DNA from: Paramecium tetraurelia
Lineage: Eukaryota
Length of the DNA: 64,000 nucleotides
Direction: 5' to 3'
Assembly (NCBI GenBank): GCA_000165425.1
Contig: CT868013.1
Span: 62,001-126,000 of the forward strand
Below the pieces are notes generated by a model that was not told where the DNA came from, ran no database searches, and saw only the letters and a program-made list of their open reading frames with translations. The number at the start of each line of letters is the position of its first letter. Position 1 is the first letter of the stretch. The translations under genes were made by a program, and so were the position numbers. This document shows positions 43,268 through 57,530 of this stretch, piece by piece.

Positions 43268-44375
43268 ATGGGAAATAATTGTACCTGTTGGAAGCATGAC
43301 CCAATAAATTAGATTGAGGTTAGGGGGAGTTAAAAACCAAGATGGTAGAGTTTGGAACTGTTAAAGAGTTAGGAACAAAAGATCATAAGGGTGTAGTCCT
43401 GGATCCGTGGCTGGTAAGCTCGTTAAAGGGTTTGGAAAATGCAATTACAAAAATACAACGATAGTGTTAATGAATAGTTAAGAACGTAGCCTCTGTTTTT
43501 TAGGTAGGTATTCCACAAGTGTGATTAATGTGGGTTAGAGGCAGCTACCTCCATTTGAATTTGGAATTGACGATATAAATGATTAACTTGTACACTAGAA
43601 AGTTCTGAAGGCACCGAGCAAGTTGGAGAATGGGGCAATGTATTTTGGGGAATGGATAAATGATCTTAGACATGGCAAAGGCATTCTGATATGCGAGGTA
43701 CATTAAGCAGAATATATTCAAAGGATGGATCAAAATATGAGGGTTACTTTTATTAGGGCAATGCTCACGGGAGAGGGAGATTGATACACTCAAATGGGGA
43801 GGTTTACGAAGGGTAATGGGAGAATGACGAAGCACATGGATTGGGCACATACATTCATGAAGATGGAGCCACTTATACTGGTCAATGGGAACACGATTTG
43901 CAGCATGGCAAAGGAAGTGAAAAATGGCCAGATGGGAGGTATGATGATAAGTGTAAAGTAGTTATTTTGAAGGGTTCTATAAGCATGGTAAGAAGGAAGG
44001 TTTGGGTAAATTTGTGTGGATTGACGGAGCTATCTACGAGGGGGAGTTTAGAGGTAATAATATAGATGGGTTTGGCAAATACACTTGGCCAGATAGTAAA
44101 TATTACCAAGGGTATTGGAAAAACAATAAGAAGTACATCATGTAAATGATTAGAGTAGAAATGGGAAGGGAAAATATCTATGGCCGGATGGAAAAGTGTA
44201 TGAAGGAGATTTCGTGAATGATCAAAAGCATGGTTATGGTATTTTGAAGTTTCCAGATGGCAGAGTATATGAGGGAGAGTGGTAGAATGACAAACAGCAT
44301 GGGAAGGCCTAACTAAGATTACCAAACGGTAAGATATCTAATGGAGAATGGAAAAATGGAATTCGTATCAATTGA
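43268..44375 (+). CDS. MORN-repeat protein with an IQ motif and N-terminal acylation signal
   Basis: MGNNCTC; IIRVQSWIRGWQAR IQ motif; many YxGxWxxDxxHGxG repeats; short introns; TGA 44373-44375. Confidence 0.93.
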
Positions 44376-44386
44376 TATACTTTTAA

Positions 44387-45785
44387 TCATTTATTAAGAA
44401 TTATTCCCAAGTCTGTCTCCTTAGTTATTAAATATTTGGTCGGAATGTATGATTTAGTCTTTATTAAGTTTGAGGTCTATAGTCTTCTTCTTTATATAAT
44501 TGTAAGTAGACTTGCTTTTTGTTCCTGATAACATCCTAAGCTATCTGCAAGGGACTTCGAATGCTAAAGGTATTTCTTTTAGCCGATCGAACACTTTTCA
44601 CTTGATAGGTGAGATTTCTTTATTTAACGTATTTCATATCAATGAAGTAATTATCATCCTGAGTCAGTTGTCTTGATTTCCTTTCCAATCTTACTTATTC
44701 TCTCTATAAACAAGCATTTCGCAACTAATCATATAAGTGCATCTGATTAGTAGATTACAGTCTTTAAATTAAACTACTAAGTTGAATTTTTAAGACAACC
44801 CCATTTTCAGAATTGCAGATAACATTTTGTTGTCGTTTTTCAATATTTTAAAAGCATTCGTGATCTCCAAAGAATTGACCTTTTTACAATAATGCCACAT
44901 TTGAAACAAATTTCTTAGGACTGAATAAATTGTCATTGCTCTCTGTGATTAGGAATTCCCCGTTTTTGATCAAATATATTTCTTATTTACTCTATTGACC
45001 TTGAAAATAAACAGTTTATCTGAATTAGTAGTGGAAACTTTGAAAAGCAGTAAAGAGAATATCCAATAATTTTGTGGAAACATTATACTACTTCATACAG
45101 CCATGGAACTCTTTCAATTGTTAATTGACTCTATTTTCATGGGCTTTTTATAATATTTCCTTATAATCCTTTTTACTTAGAACTCCAAAGATGCATTTAC
45201 TATCACAAATAATACTTGCTGATCTTAGGTTATCATTTAACAATGCCATTTCTCCAAAACTCTCACCTGAAATGAGTTTATTTGTATTGAATGATCTCTC
45301 TAATATTTTTAATCGACATACCTTTTTTTAATTAGAGCTGCTTTATCTAAACCCTCTTCTCGCACATCAACTTTTGGATCTCTGTACACATAAACCGAAA
45401 CATTCCCACTCAAAATGATAAAAAATTAATGAGCCCTTTCTCCCTACTCTAAAACTACTTAATTCTTTATATCAATGTAATCTATACTTCGTCATAAAAC
45501 TCAATGAGCATTCTTTTGTAGCATTCCCTTAGGGTTCCTTCTCCTTCCTCCTCTTGAATCTATTTTAAAAATTTGTTCTTGCTTGTAAATGCTTAAATAA
45601 TCTAGTTATGATATGCATTTTACTTGCAGATCTTCTGGTCTACGATGTTCTGGATTCCTTTCCAAAATTTCAACACATAGAGAAATCTTTTAATCCATTG
45701 TTAACTCATGGATTAATGATGATATTTCTGATTTTTTTCTTTTGTTTTCTGGAATCTAAATCTATCTGTCTGTAAATTAAAACAT
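44387..45785 (-). CDS. Protein with two cyclic-nucleotide-binding domains
   Basis: FFIILSGNVSVY, GESFGEMALLNDNLRSASIIC, and a second cassette GQFFGDHEC...KRQQNVIC; TGA 44387-44389. Confidence 0.88.
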
Positions 45786-45873
45786 AATAAATTACTATTA
45801 ATTTTATTTATAGATTGTCCTAAAACGATCGATTGTGTAAGATAAAAAGTATATTGTAAAATAAATAATAAAC

Positions 45874-48800
45874 TCAATCTATAGTTCCTCTACCATTGAT
45901 AGTCTTATAACTTTAAACTAAAGATTTCAACTTATCATACTTCTCTGAAGGAGCCAATCTCATAAATCCTCCCATCTATTTTGGCATTTCCCCATACCTC
46001 CGCAAGTGACTCCCATTTAAAATATAGTTCAGATCTCTTTGCAATTGTAATTTAGAGTTGTTCATAGTGTTTATGACTGATTTACATCCTTGTTCCTCTT
46101 GAATCCTCCTTTCCAACACTTCACACAATCTCTACCTGTCGTAATTTGGACTATCAATCAAATCAAAGATATCATCAATCAACTGTTATTTTATCAATTC
46201 ATCCAAAATATAATCTCTAGCTAAAGAGGGAGAAGCATTCACTTCCAATAGCCAACATTTTTAATTCGTATCTATTATAATATCATACCCAAATAACTCA
46301 AAACTATTTGGATTATTTGGTATTTCAGATTAACAGGCAACCAAAGATTTTAATACAATATCTTACACTTACTCCCAAATCTTATTCCAATCTATATTTC
46401 TATCTATTAGTTTCTCTCTCAATTGGCGTAAAGATATTTTACAACCTCCCAATTGAGACTCCAAATCTTGTATTTGCACATGAGTCTTTTGCACTGCAAA
46501 GTTGGTCAAATGAACCAGCTGATTTTTGAGATCATTGATATCAAGAGTAAAAGGCTGTGTAGTTAAACGAGCAAAGCCCTCTTTGTAAAGAAATACTTCC
46601 AAAGGATTAAATGATGTTACAAGAACATATATTCTCATATCAAATTTATGTCCCTTCAATAAAAGAGGATTCTTAAGATATTTCTGTAACACCACAGGCT
46701 CAGCATACATGACATCAGATATATCATTTAACACTGTTATGCCTCTGCCTCTAGATTTTCCTGTGGGTTTCATAATCCAAATATTCTATTGTCCTTCTGA
46801 TTCTGAGTCTTTATAAAACTTTTCCATAAATTACACATATTCCTTTGGCAACAAAAATGTTGATGGAATTATATCAAATATTTGTTATGCCTTGGTTCCT
46901 AGTTTTTAACATCTTTCGATGTTTTTCTTTAATAGATCCTTCCTCCCTAGATTCTTATTAAAAGGGAAGTGATTGACTTTCTAAAAGAAAAGCAATTTAT
47001 TTAAATCGATCTATGGTTTTGACCAAGTCCACAATACATTCCATGATGTTCTAAGTCCAATTCCATGAGGTAACTCTGTCCATCCTTACTTTCTCATAAA
47101 CGACCTAGTTATTATATCTATTGTTATTATATTTATTACCATATACCTCTTCTTTGGTTTTCACTACTCTAAAATATCGTTCTTACTTTCCTAAATTCGT
47201 TGAATCGTTTTAAAGTCGCTTATTAAAAACCATCTGTCTCTAGATGTATTATTGTATATCAACCCCAGTTCTTGTGGAGTATTGAATCAATCTATGAGGG
47301 TCATTAATGTAGACAAGTTCATTTGGATTGATTGCCAAAGGATTTGATTTGTACTTACCTAAGAGAGAATCAACATTATCAACTTTATCAATGTGTTATG
47401 AGAAAATGCTAAATATTTCTCTCATTACATCTAAGTGATTATAATGAGGCTAATTATTGAAGAACCCGCTAAAAAGGTGTTAAAATGTTGGGACAATATC
47501 AGAATAATCTTCTAATTTTGAATCATCAATGCATTAAAGCATTTTCTAAATGTATTTAGATTATGGATTTTTTGGTCTACTGTTAGCACTTGGAGTTATC
47601 GCTTTGATTATTTATGGGGGGTTAGCAGATTACTATTACTTTGTCTTGAATTCATCCAATCCCATTTCCTTACAAATATTATTTATTTCATCCATTTTCT
47701 CTTTATCAGTAAGAACAACTTTTTATTTACTATCAACTACTGCTTTCTATTTGGATTAGTCAACCTTTCCAAGTTGTTTAATCCCAAATTCTTTATTTGG
47801 TTTTTATTTGGCAGCATTTATTTGATCATGATCACTCTCTACCTCATGGAAATCATCAGCTATTTTATTATAATTAATATTATACATCTTCTGGATTCCA
47901 TTGTTAATTGTTTTTATACATTCCCTTTCTGCCCTATTGATGGTCTATTTTTCAAATCCTACTTTCTTTATGATTATTGACTTACGCTTTGCTTTACAAT
48001 TATTTAGTTTTTAGTTGAATTTCTTTATTCTTAATGTGACTTAAGTTAAATCATGTTTTCATGATCGTTTTTCTTTTATTTATTTGGCTATTGTAATTTT
48101 GATTGTTACTGAGTAAACTCCTCATTTTCATTCTCATTCTCCACTTCATCATTCATGTTATCTTCATATTCTTCTTCTTCTATTTGTTTATTTTGCAATT
48201 GTTAAATTTATTTTAAATAATCATCTTTTGAATTTTAATTCCCAATCAATTCATCATTGTTTATATATTAATTGATGACATTATTATAATGATTTTATAT
48301 TAATTGATTTCTCATCTTAATCTATTCCAACTCTTCGCTTTACATCTTATTCTATTTTTATTCCCCAATCTATTTCCTTTCCAATTCTTCATTAGAATGT
48401 TATTAATTTTTGTGGAGAAATTCATTTTGGTAATCTTAATCTACATTATCAATTTAAAATTAATTAGAATCTTAGACCTATCTTTATTATGAAATAAATT
48501 GATGATCCCCTAAACCTTTTTAAATGATATTACTTTGTTGATCTCCTAAATCCTATTATTTTAATTCAAAATTCTTTTAACTTTTTATTTAACTATTATT
48601 ATTTTCATTAGTGAATCTCTAAGATTCTACTTAATTATTAGGTGTTTTTAATTGCTATTAAAAATTAGTTTCATTATTTTTAACATGACTTTCCTCATAT
48701 GAGTCAATATTGTTTTAAGCATTTTGCTCCACGATATTTTTGGTATGTTCATTTTCTTTAATTTTTTCTTTAGGGTCATTTTGATCCAATTAATTAGTGA

Positions 48801-49758
48801 TAACAACTAAATTGTTTGATTGCGTTTAAGAATTGATAGCACATTTTTCACTTAATTCCTCCTTATTTTCTTGGTTGTTAATATTGAAGTCTAATGATTT
48901 TTGTTTCAACTCAAAATTCTATTTAGTAGCACTGCTTTGAGAATGAACATTTGATTATTCCATTTTGGACTATGTCTTAACAACAGAAGCTTGTTTTCCA
49001 ATGGCTGGAAGATGTTCAACAGCTTTTCCTTAACTCTCCGTTCTTACTTTTTTCTTCTTCTTCTTTCTCATGAGTTTCTCTTATTTAATTTTTTCCACAG
49101 TATTTAGTTGAGGTTTTGGAGGCGGTGGAATATATCTATGATTAATCGCAGCTCCTATTACAAACTATTAATTCGAAACATCTGTTTTCTTTAAGACATC
49201 TTTCATGAAATCTTAAAGCTAATTTGGTTTTTTTGGTTGCACCTTACTCTAGGGATGACTGCTTCTAGTCATGGTACTTGTCGACATCGCATCTGATTAA
49301 CTTTACTATTATGAAAATTTTTAAGTGCTCTATTAGGGTTATTAATTTAATTGTTGGTGTTGCTATTGATTTGTTAGCTGTTCTGATTTCTGCTGTATTG
49401 GCTGTTCTGATTTCTTCTGTATTGGCTATTCATGTTTTTATAAAGGAGGTTTTGAAATTTGCACATCTAAATAATTAGCTGGCCTATTTTTGATATCATT
49501 CAAAATGGCTTAAAGAGCATTGTTTTAATAGATGGGCTATTGAATGAAATCCTCGATTTGAATATTAAAAGCAAAATTTTCTATGGCCTATCTTTCTTTA
49601 AGTTCCAACTCTATCAGATCCAAAATCTTTTTGGCCTTCTTATTCCATTAAGCATCATCAGTAACACAGGATTTTATCGTAGTTTACATATCTTCTAATT
49701 GAAATGCATCCAAATCGTAAATCTCTTCGCATGGGATTAATAATGGAAGTTATGCCAT
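45874..49758 (-). CDS. Tubulin-tyrosine-ligase-like protein (probable polyglutamylase) with a long Q-rich N-terminal extension
   Basis: KVNHFP, WIMKPTGKSRGRGI, QKYLKNPLLLKGHKFDMRIYVLVTSFNPL, HLTNFAVQK, FELFGYDII, WLLEVNASPSL; continuity of the N-terminal ~2.6 kb inferred, not checked codon by codon. Confidence 0.88.
49377..49431. repeat. 24-bp tandem repeat (about 2.3 copies) inside the TTLL gene
   Basis: gctgttctgatttctgctgtattg / gctgttctgatttcttctgtattg / gctattc; encodes EQPIQKKS-EQPIQQKS on the minus strand. Confidence 0.8.
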
Positions 49759-49936
49759 TTTTAATTAAATAAACTATAAAACTTAATCATAAGAATGTAA
49801 ATTGTATTGCTCCCAAATTATCAGTATTCTGTAGAAAGTCTGGTTGTTTAAGCTACATGAATCCAACAATTAAATTTAAACAGCTGCCTATATATTATTA
49901 ATAATCTAAGAATAGAAATAGTAAATTCATATTTAA

Positions 49937-52213
49937 TCAAAAAAAATTTGTCAAATATTTATTTAAAATAAATTTAAGCCTCCACTGATCAATAGGTTTT
50001 GGTAATGTATCCGAAAATATGGACAAGTCCTCTTCGGTTGAATCATAAGCAGAACTGGCTATGATAACTGGAGGTTTTACATTTATTGAGTTGAAGAATG
50101 ATATTATCTTATTCTAAATGTTATTTTTACCTTTTAGGTTGCTTATAAACCATTTAGTAATGGCATTTCTATATCCATAACTATCAATTAATAGAAAGGA
50201 TGACATTTTTTTTATTGATACTTATTGATAACTAAATCTATTGCTTCAATTCCATTGTAGGCAGAATCTGTTGTTATTTTTTGCTGCATCAAAATAGTCT
50301 TTAAAGCTTGGATATTAAATGGCACATCGTCTACAAGTAAAATAGCTGAGCAATTGCATGATTTTAGATGGATGTTTTGAATCAATTTATAGTCAACACT
50401 CTTGTACATTGAAATACAATGTGCATCATCACTTTAAGCATTTGAAATTGATTCGTTATCCTCTTTTAATATAATCATATCAGAAATATAAAAAGATATT
50501 TATGTATATTTCTAGAGTGCAGATTTTATTGAGAAAGAACTCTTTTTGTGTTCATTAAATGCCAATCCTTGAATTAGACGATTAGAAATTTTCAATCCAA
50601 TTCCAGAAGACAATTGATTCTGAGTCATCCAATATACACTTTCTTCAGATGATACCGAGTGCAGTTCTCGAAAGATGAAACTCAATTTTTGTTCTGATAT
50701 GCCAAATCCTTAATCTTTGACTTTAATTTTAATATATTATTTTGAGGATTTGAATTTGTTTTTGAACTGAATTCTAATGTGTGTATTTGAAGGAGAGAAC
50801 TTAATTGAATTGTTTAACAAATTTATGAGAACCTAGATGATTCTCTATTTATCATTCGTCACAATTAAATTTGTTAGATGAATTTTACATGTTAAATTTA
50901 TACCTTTGCTTTCACAAGCCTGAGTAAATAACTATTTTATGTATTCTGCAACCTCCTTAATATTGAATTACTAATATTTGTGTACGAATTAATTCGATTA
51001 CATAGCTGCATAATCGAGTATATCATTTATTTAGAATAGTAACAATTTATTAGAATTTAATGCAGGCTAAATGAACTCTTGATTCATTGAATGACTTAAT
51101 TTCTTGGACACTGCTTCAAGTAACTATAAAGAGCTGTTTAATGGTGTTTTTAATTCATGAGAAAATGAATTAAGGATACTATTCTGAAATTTTATAAATT
51201 GTGTTAATTCCTTCTTTCTTTCCTTACTTGACACATTTTAAATCATCACTAATGTGATTTCTTCAGATTTTAAAAATTACTGTATCAATGATATTTTAAT
51301 AAATTTTATCTTAGAAATTCCATTTTTGCTTAATTCCTTAAATTTAAAAATTAGATTAAATTGCTCCTCCTTTTAATTTAAAATAGTTGAGATAGGATCA
51401 TCTATTTAAATACTAGATAGAAAAGGTCGATTTGATATTTAATTATCAGTTGGAATATTTAAATCTTCAGGTCCTCCCATATGATCAAGTAACATTCTAT
51501 TGTATTTCAATTTATTACTTTATCAATTATTGTTTTAACAATATAACTATATCTTCATTTCTCTCACACTCAAAGTTCTTAAAATATTATTTTGCAAATG
51601 AATTTAAATACTTAATATTTTATTACATATCCAGTACAATCATTCCAATTGGCAGATTGTCAAGAATAGCTAACTCGCTATCTAATTATTTCAAGGATAC
51701 TATTAGATTTGTCGGAGAATTGAATTATAAATGATTATTAGAGTTATGGGAATTTTAAACTATGCATTTTTTCTTCTTGTGAGATTATAAATATGATTTC
51801 AACCATAATATAGCAGAAAAAATTGCTGAAATAATGATTTGAGTATTTTCAAAAAAATGATTTTCCCAAAAAAATATGACTCTAAAGACCTGAGAGATTA
51901 AGAGTAATATTCTAAAAGCCTTATTTAATTGAATTTCAAACTCCAATTCACAACTTAAAATCTATGTTAACACAATAAATAAGAATGTGAAATTCGTCTA
52001 TTGTAAAATTTATTGGGCATTCATAAAAGAGATTAGATATATTAGTTTTCTCCTCTGATAAGGCTTGATTAACAAAATAACACTAGCAATTATTTAACCA
52101 ATAGTTATTATCAATTGTAATCTATTTATTTCTGAGTTGAAAACTATTACTTGTATTGCAATCAGAATCCCGCTTACCAGTAAAGCCATTGACATCAAGA
52201 ATGAATTATCCAT
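49937..52213 (-). CDS. Hybrid sensor histidine kinase (multi-TM, HisKA, HATPase, receiver)
   Basis: H-box SFSHELKTPLN, N-box QVLINLLNNSIKF, KDQGFGI, SGIGLKIS; receiver LLVDDVPFN...VMDIEMP...LPKP. Confidence 0.93.
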
Positions 52214-52297
52214 AATTTAATTAAACTGTATATTATTATTTAATAAATACATAAATAGGAATCTTTCAGTCAGACTTAAGTATGTTTCTACTAATAT

Positions 52298-54600
52298 TCA
52301 TCTTAGATATTTCTCGATGATATATTGTAAACTCATTTTGGTAATTGGTTTTGGCAACACATCGCTCATTAAGCAATTCTAGCACATTTTGATGCACTCT
52401 TAATTATCATATGCTGAACACATTACAATTGTAGTTTAATCACATTAATCCCCAAGTATCTATTTGATTTTTAGGGATGCTTCAAATCCATTTTACTTAG
52501 GCATCTCTATATCCATCAGAATTAATGAATAAAATGGGTGACACTTATTGTTCTAAATTCTTTATTAAACTACATCTATAGCTTATTAGCCATTATAAAC
52601 ACTGTCGGCTTGATAATTTAATTCTTATAGGATCATTTTCAAAGCATGATGATTAAAAGGAATATCATCAGCAATCAAAATCTTATTACATTTACAAATG
52701 ATTTATTTGATAAATTTAAACTCTCTAGTGGTAAGTTGACTCAATTATCTACTCAATTAAGCATCTTTCATTATTGTTTCCGATCCTGATCCTTAACTAT
52801 TGTTATCCTCCAAGAAATCTTCAATAGTAAAGGATATAATTGTGCCCTTATTCAAAGTTGAATCTATATTTAACCCATTTTATAAGGATGACATGCCTCT
52901 AATCAATCTGTTAGCAACCTTTAATCCTAACCCCACATGAAATTGATGATATTCGCTTTGCAAATTATCCTGTTCAATATTCATTTGCAATTGCCAAAGC
53001 TATTCTGATGATAAACCTAATCCAGTATCAATTACTTAAATTAAATACATATTATTTTTTGCCTCTTATACTTTTAAAACAATTTCACCTTGCTATTAAG
53101 TGAATTTGATTGAGTTGTTTAAAAGATTTACAATTACCTATTTCATCCTTTTATAGTCGTTATTTACCATATGTTTATCTTATGAATTCATTTCTAATTT
53201 TAGATCTATATCTTTTTATTTGCAAGCCTAATAATATATTGAAATGCATTCTTGCAACAAATCTTCTAAAAAAAACAATTAAAAATCCCAACGAAAATCA
53301 TTAATCTCAAAAGATGCATAGTCAAGTATATCATTAATTTAACAAAGCAATAAATCAGTTTGCCATTTTATTGGTTTCAATATATTTTCTTATAGATCTG
53401 TATTCACTTTCAACATAACAACTTCCACCAACTATTAAATACAATTTAAAGGCGTTTTTAGTTCATGAGAAAATGAGTTTAGCAGTTAATTCTGAAAAAT
53501 GTGTTTACTTTCCTAATCCAATTTAACGATCTTAGATGTCTCATCTAATAAATTTATCATAATCTGATCACGAAGCCTCATAAAACGAAATCTAAAACAT
53601 CTTTTTTTCCCTTTATAATTGAATTGAATTCTATATTTGTTCTATAAATATATGTTGTGGTGCATCCATAAATTATTAAGAATTGGGAGCAAAATCATTA
53701 GACTAATTCAATATACTATTAATAGGATCAATTTATTTTATAAAGTTATCATCAAGATTTGGCATGCTCACTCTTTGTTTTTGATTGAATTTGGTTATTA
53801 ATTGATTAATTCTAGTTTAACTAGGACGAAATAGATTTCCGAGGCTTGTTATTTTTTCATTGAAGCATCTTTAAAATATTTTTGATTTCATACTTCATTA
53901 GTAGTTCTTTGATGATGATTACAACATTGTCCTCTGTTATTTGAGTATTTGAAGCTCTCTCTAATAAGATTCTTGCTCTTTTATTCATGTATTAGAAATT
54001 ATGATCCAATGTTAGGACAACTAACCCAATCGGTAAATGGTCCAATATTTATATTTCATTGCTTCTTGTAGTCTATGCCTTGTTTATCAATATTCGCTAG
54101 AATTCATTCATTTTGGGAGTCATTAGTTCTAAGTCTAATGATTTAAGGTACTATTCCTTTCTCTTTTAACACTAGTATGCGATAATAATGAGAGTATAGA
54201 TTATTGTAGTCGATAAACTCAAATAAAATGTGGAATTGTATGCTTCAAAGGAAATAATCATCTAAATTACTGACGAAAATAGCAATTCCAATAAAATGAG
54301 TAATTCTAAGTTAGGATTATTTTGAATTAGCTTATAAGCCAAATAAATCCAACTCAATTAAAATTGAAAATGTTAATATTCCTTTTGGTTATACCTAGAG
54401 TTTTCCTAAATTAGAAGTATTAGTATAAATTAAATGACCTGTTAGAGCTTTGATTATTTCATGATACAAAATAGTATTGTAAATAATAATATGGAACCAT
54501 AAATCGATATGGATATGTATTCTTCGAAAATGGCACTGATTATTATAGCTGCTAAAGAATTGCATATAATCTAATATATTATTAATTTTAGTTTAATCAT
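52298..54600 (-). CDS. Hybrid sensor histidine kinase, tandem paralogue
   Basis: H-box SFSHELKTPLN, QVIVNLLNNSIKF, IDTGLGL, VGLGLKVA; receiver LIADDIPFN...LMDIEMP...LPKP; N-terminal TM segments and PAS-like LDHLPIGLVVL. Confidence 0.93.
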
Positions 54601-55813
54601 TATTAATTTAATTAATTTAGAAATAGATATGATCAAATGCTTTATTTATTATAAAAAATTAGAAAATATCAAGATACAATTTCATATGATGAGTGTATTT
54701 AGAAAAAACAACTAAATTGCTCCTCTAAATTACTTTCATTAATTCTTCATCTATAATATATTTTATGATACTCTTTATCTTCCAGAAATCCTGGCATAAA
54801 TTAAAATACTTTGGTTCTGAATTTTCATATCCATTTAAATATATTAATAATATTGCTTCCAGTTATTGGTTAAGATAAGCCTTGATTAGCAACTACTCAA
54901 ACCTTATAAGCCATGATTCAAATAATTAATAAATAGGAATATATTAATTCATTAAAATCTTCGGAAATTTTAATATTAAGGTTTTATATATTTATATATC
55001 TGAATTTTTTTTTTTAAACATATTGTATTTGATATTTGTGACCACCAATATATATCTTATTCACATAGTATATATCTTACTTGTAAATTAATCAAGGGCT
55101 TTATTAATTTTTAACAGGTGACATCTTTAATTTTTAAATTCTTAAGTAAATAGATTTTATATTCGTTAGCTACTTTAATATCAGTCATTTTAGAATAGAA
55201 AAATAATAGTTGTACCTGAGTTCTTAAATTCTATCTTTCAAAATTATTTATATAACTAATATTATTATCTTTAATTTTTATAAGGATGAATTTTTTTTTT
55301 TATAAACTAATTTATATATTTGATTTAACTCCTTTTTTCATGCTCACATTTAAAGTTCATCAATTGGTTTAATCCCAGTAAAACTTACCATTCAGGCTAT
55401 TTCCTTTTAGTTTATTTGTTGGAATTAATTTTTAAAGTCAATATAATTAAATCATTAAATGAAATGATATCCAAAGTATATATTTAAGATCTAGTAATTA
55501 ATAAATTTTGAAACGCTTAAGTCTTTATGAAGAGTATATCTAGAGAAATATTAGCATTTCTTTTTTCAATTTTGAACTTAAAACAAGAGTTCTAAATCAT
55601 TAATCCATTGTAGAAAGAAGAAGAATCTCATAATTTACTAAGTATTTGGTTGTTTATTTTATATATCTATATAATTTAGTTAATTAGTCAAAAGAATGAT
55701 ATTAGCATTCTGAAATGTTTAATTTAAAGTAGTTAGTTATTAATTATAGTATAGAATCTCTAGATTTCTGGTAATCAATTGAGAGTATTCTATTTTAATT
55801 ATTATTAAATTGA

Positions 55814-56622
55814 ATGTAACTCGGTTCCAAGACGGTAGCTATAGTAACAGGGGGAGCGTCAGGTTTGGGTTTGGCCACAGTTGAATTATTACTCTAAAGA
55901 CAATGCAAAGTTGTGGCAGCAGATTTTAATGAGGTTGAAATATAAATGAATTTGCAAGGAGAAAGGTGCAGAATTAATAAAGAGTTTTGAGAACGGCAAT
56001 CTTAGATACTTTAAGTGTGATGTCTAAAACGAAGAGGAGATAAAAAACTTGATTGAATTTACAGTCAAAGAATTTGGATAAATCAATTTAGTAGTGAATT
56101 CAGCTGGGATCCCATCAGCCTAGATGACAGCAACTAGATCAAGTGTTGCTTCAACATCTGAAATGAATATATTGTTGTAGATCAATGTTATAGGCACATT
56201 CAATGTTTGCAAATATGCTGCTCAGCACATGATAAACTCTAAGGTTAAGGGAGTGATTGTGAATGTAGCAAGCCTGGCTGGCATTGAAGGCCAAAGAGGT
56301 CAAGTGATATATTCAGCATCAAAGGGAGCCGTGATTGCAATGACATTACCTATGGCACGAGACCTGGGAAAACATGGAATCAGAGTAGTCGCAATTGCAC
56401 CAGGAGTAAAACCTTATTGTAAAAATTAATTAGATCATATACACACCTATGTTCGAAATGATTTAACCTAAAATTAAAGAACAATTAGAATCTCAAGTGG
56501 CTTTGGGAAGATTAGGAGCAGCAAAAGAATTTGCATAGCTAGTTGAAATGATATATTAATCAGAGTATTTAACGGGGTGTGTTTTGCGTTTAGATGGAGG
56601 ATTACGTGTGCCTCATTTATGA
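55814..56622 (+). CDS. Short-chain dehydrogenase/reductase, HSD17B10 (type 2 3-hydroxyacyl-CoA dehydrogenase)-like, copy 1
   Basis: [55 protein letters not shown]; two introns. Confidence 0.93.
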
Positions 56623-56655
56623 TTAATATTATTAATAAATCAGACGTCATTATTT

Positions 56656-57479
56656 ATGAAATTAGATCAGAATACAGTTTGCTTAGTTACAGGAGGAGCT
56701 TCAGGTTTAGGATTGGCTACAGTTTTAGCCTTTTTGGCAAAAGGATGCAAAGTAGTCATTGCAGATTTCAATTAAGTAATAGTCTAGTAATACAATTAGG
56801 AAGCTGGCGATAAAATTTTATCAGAGTAGAATACCCCCAATTTGAAATTCTTTAAGACTGATGTTTCAAATGAAGAAAATGTTATCAAATTGATTAAATA
56901 CACAGTAAGTGAATTTGGTGGAATTCACATTGTTGTAAATTCAGCTGGTGTCATTTCTGCTGGATACTTGGTCACATCCAAAGGAACTATTCCAGTCGAT
57001 GAAATGATGAGAGTCTTGAAAATCAATGTTGTTGGAACCTTCAATGTATCAAAACATGCAGCCGTAGAAATGATAAAATAAGAACCATAAGGAGAATTCA
57101 AAGAGAGAGGTGTGATAATTAATGTTGCCAGTCTTGCAGGCATTGAAGGATAAAAAGGTCAAACTGTTTATTCTGCCAGCAAGGGAGCCGTGATTGGAAT
57201 GACATTACCTATGGCAAGAGATTTAGGAAAGTATGGAATCAGAGTTATGACTTTGGCACCTGGAGTACTATTATATGTCATAATTTTAAGGTTTTCTAAA
57301 CTCCAATGGGACATAATTTATCAGAAAAGGTTTTGGCTCCATTGAGAAAATCAGCTGCTTTGGAGAGATTTGGTTAACCTTCTGAATTTGCTGATTCTGT
57401 TATTGGAATATGTTAATGCTCATACCTAACAGGAGAAGTCATTAGACTAGATGGCGGAAGCAGATTACCAAACTTTTGA
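56656..57479 (+). CDS. Short-chain dehydrogenase/reductase, HSD17B10-like, copy 2
   Basis: [39 protein letters not shown]; introns at the same positions as copy 1. Confidence 0.93.
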
Positions 57480-57530
57480 GTATCTTAAGCAATAAACATT
57501 TATTTTAACATTGTTTATTATATAATTTAT

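Noticed and set aside
49937..57479. Histidine kinases and SDRs as a bacterial insert or contaminant
   Set aside because: They use TAA/TAG as Gln, match the host AT content, and the SDRs and at least one kinase carry tiny spliceosomal introns
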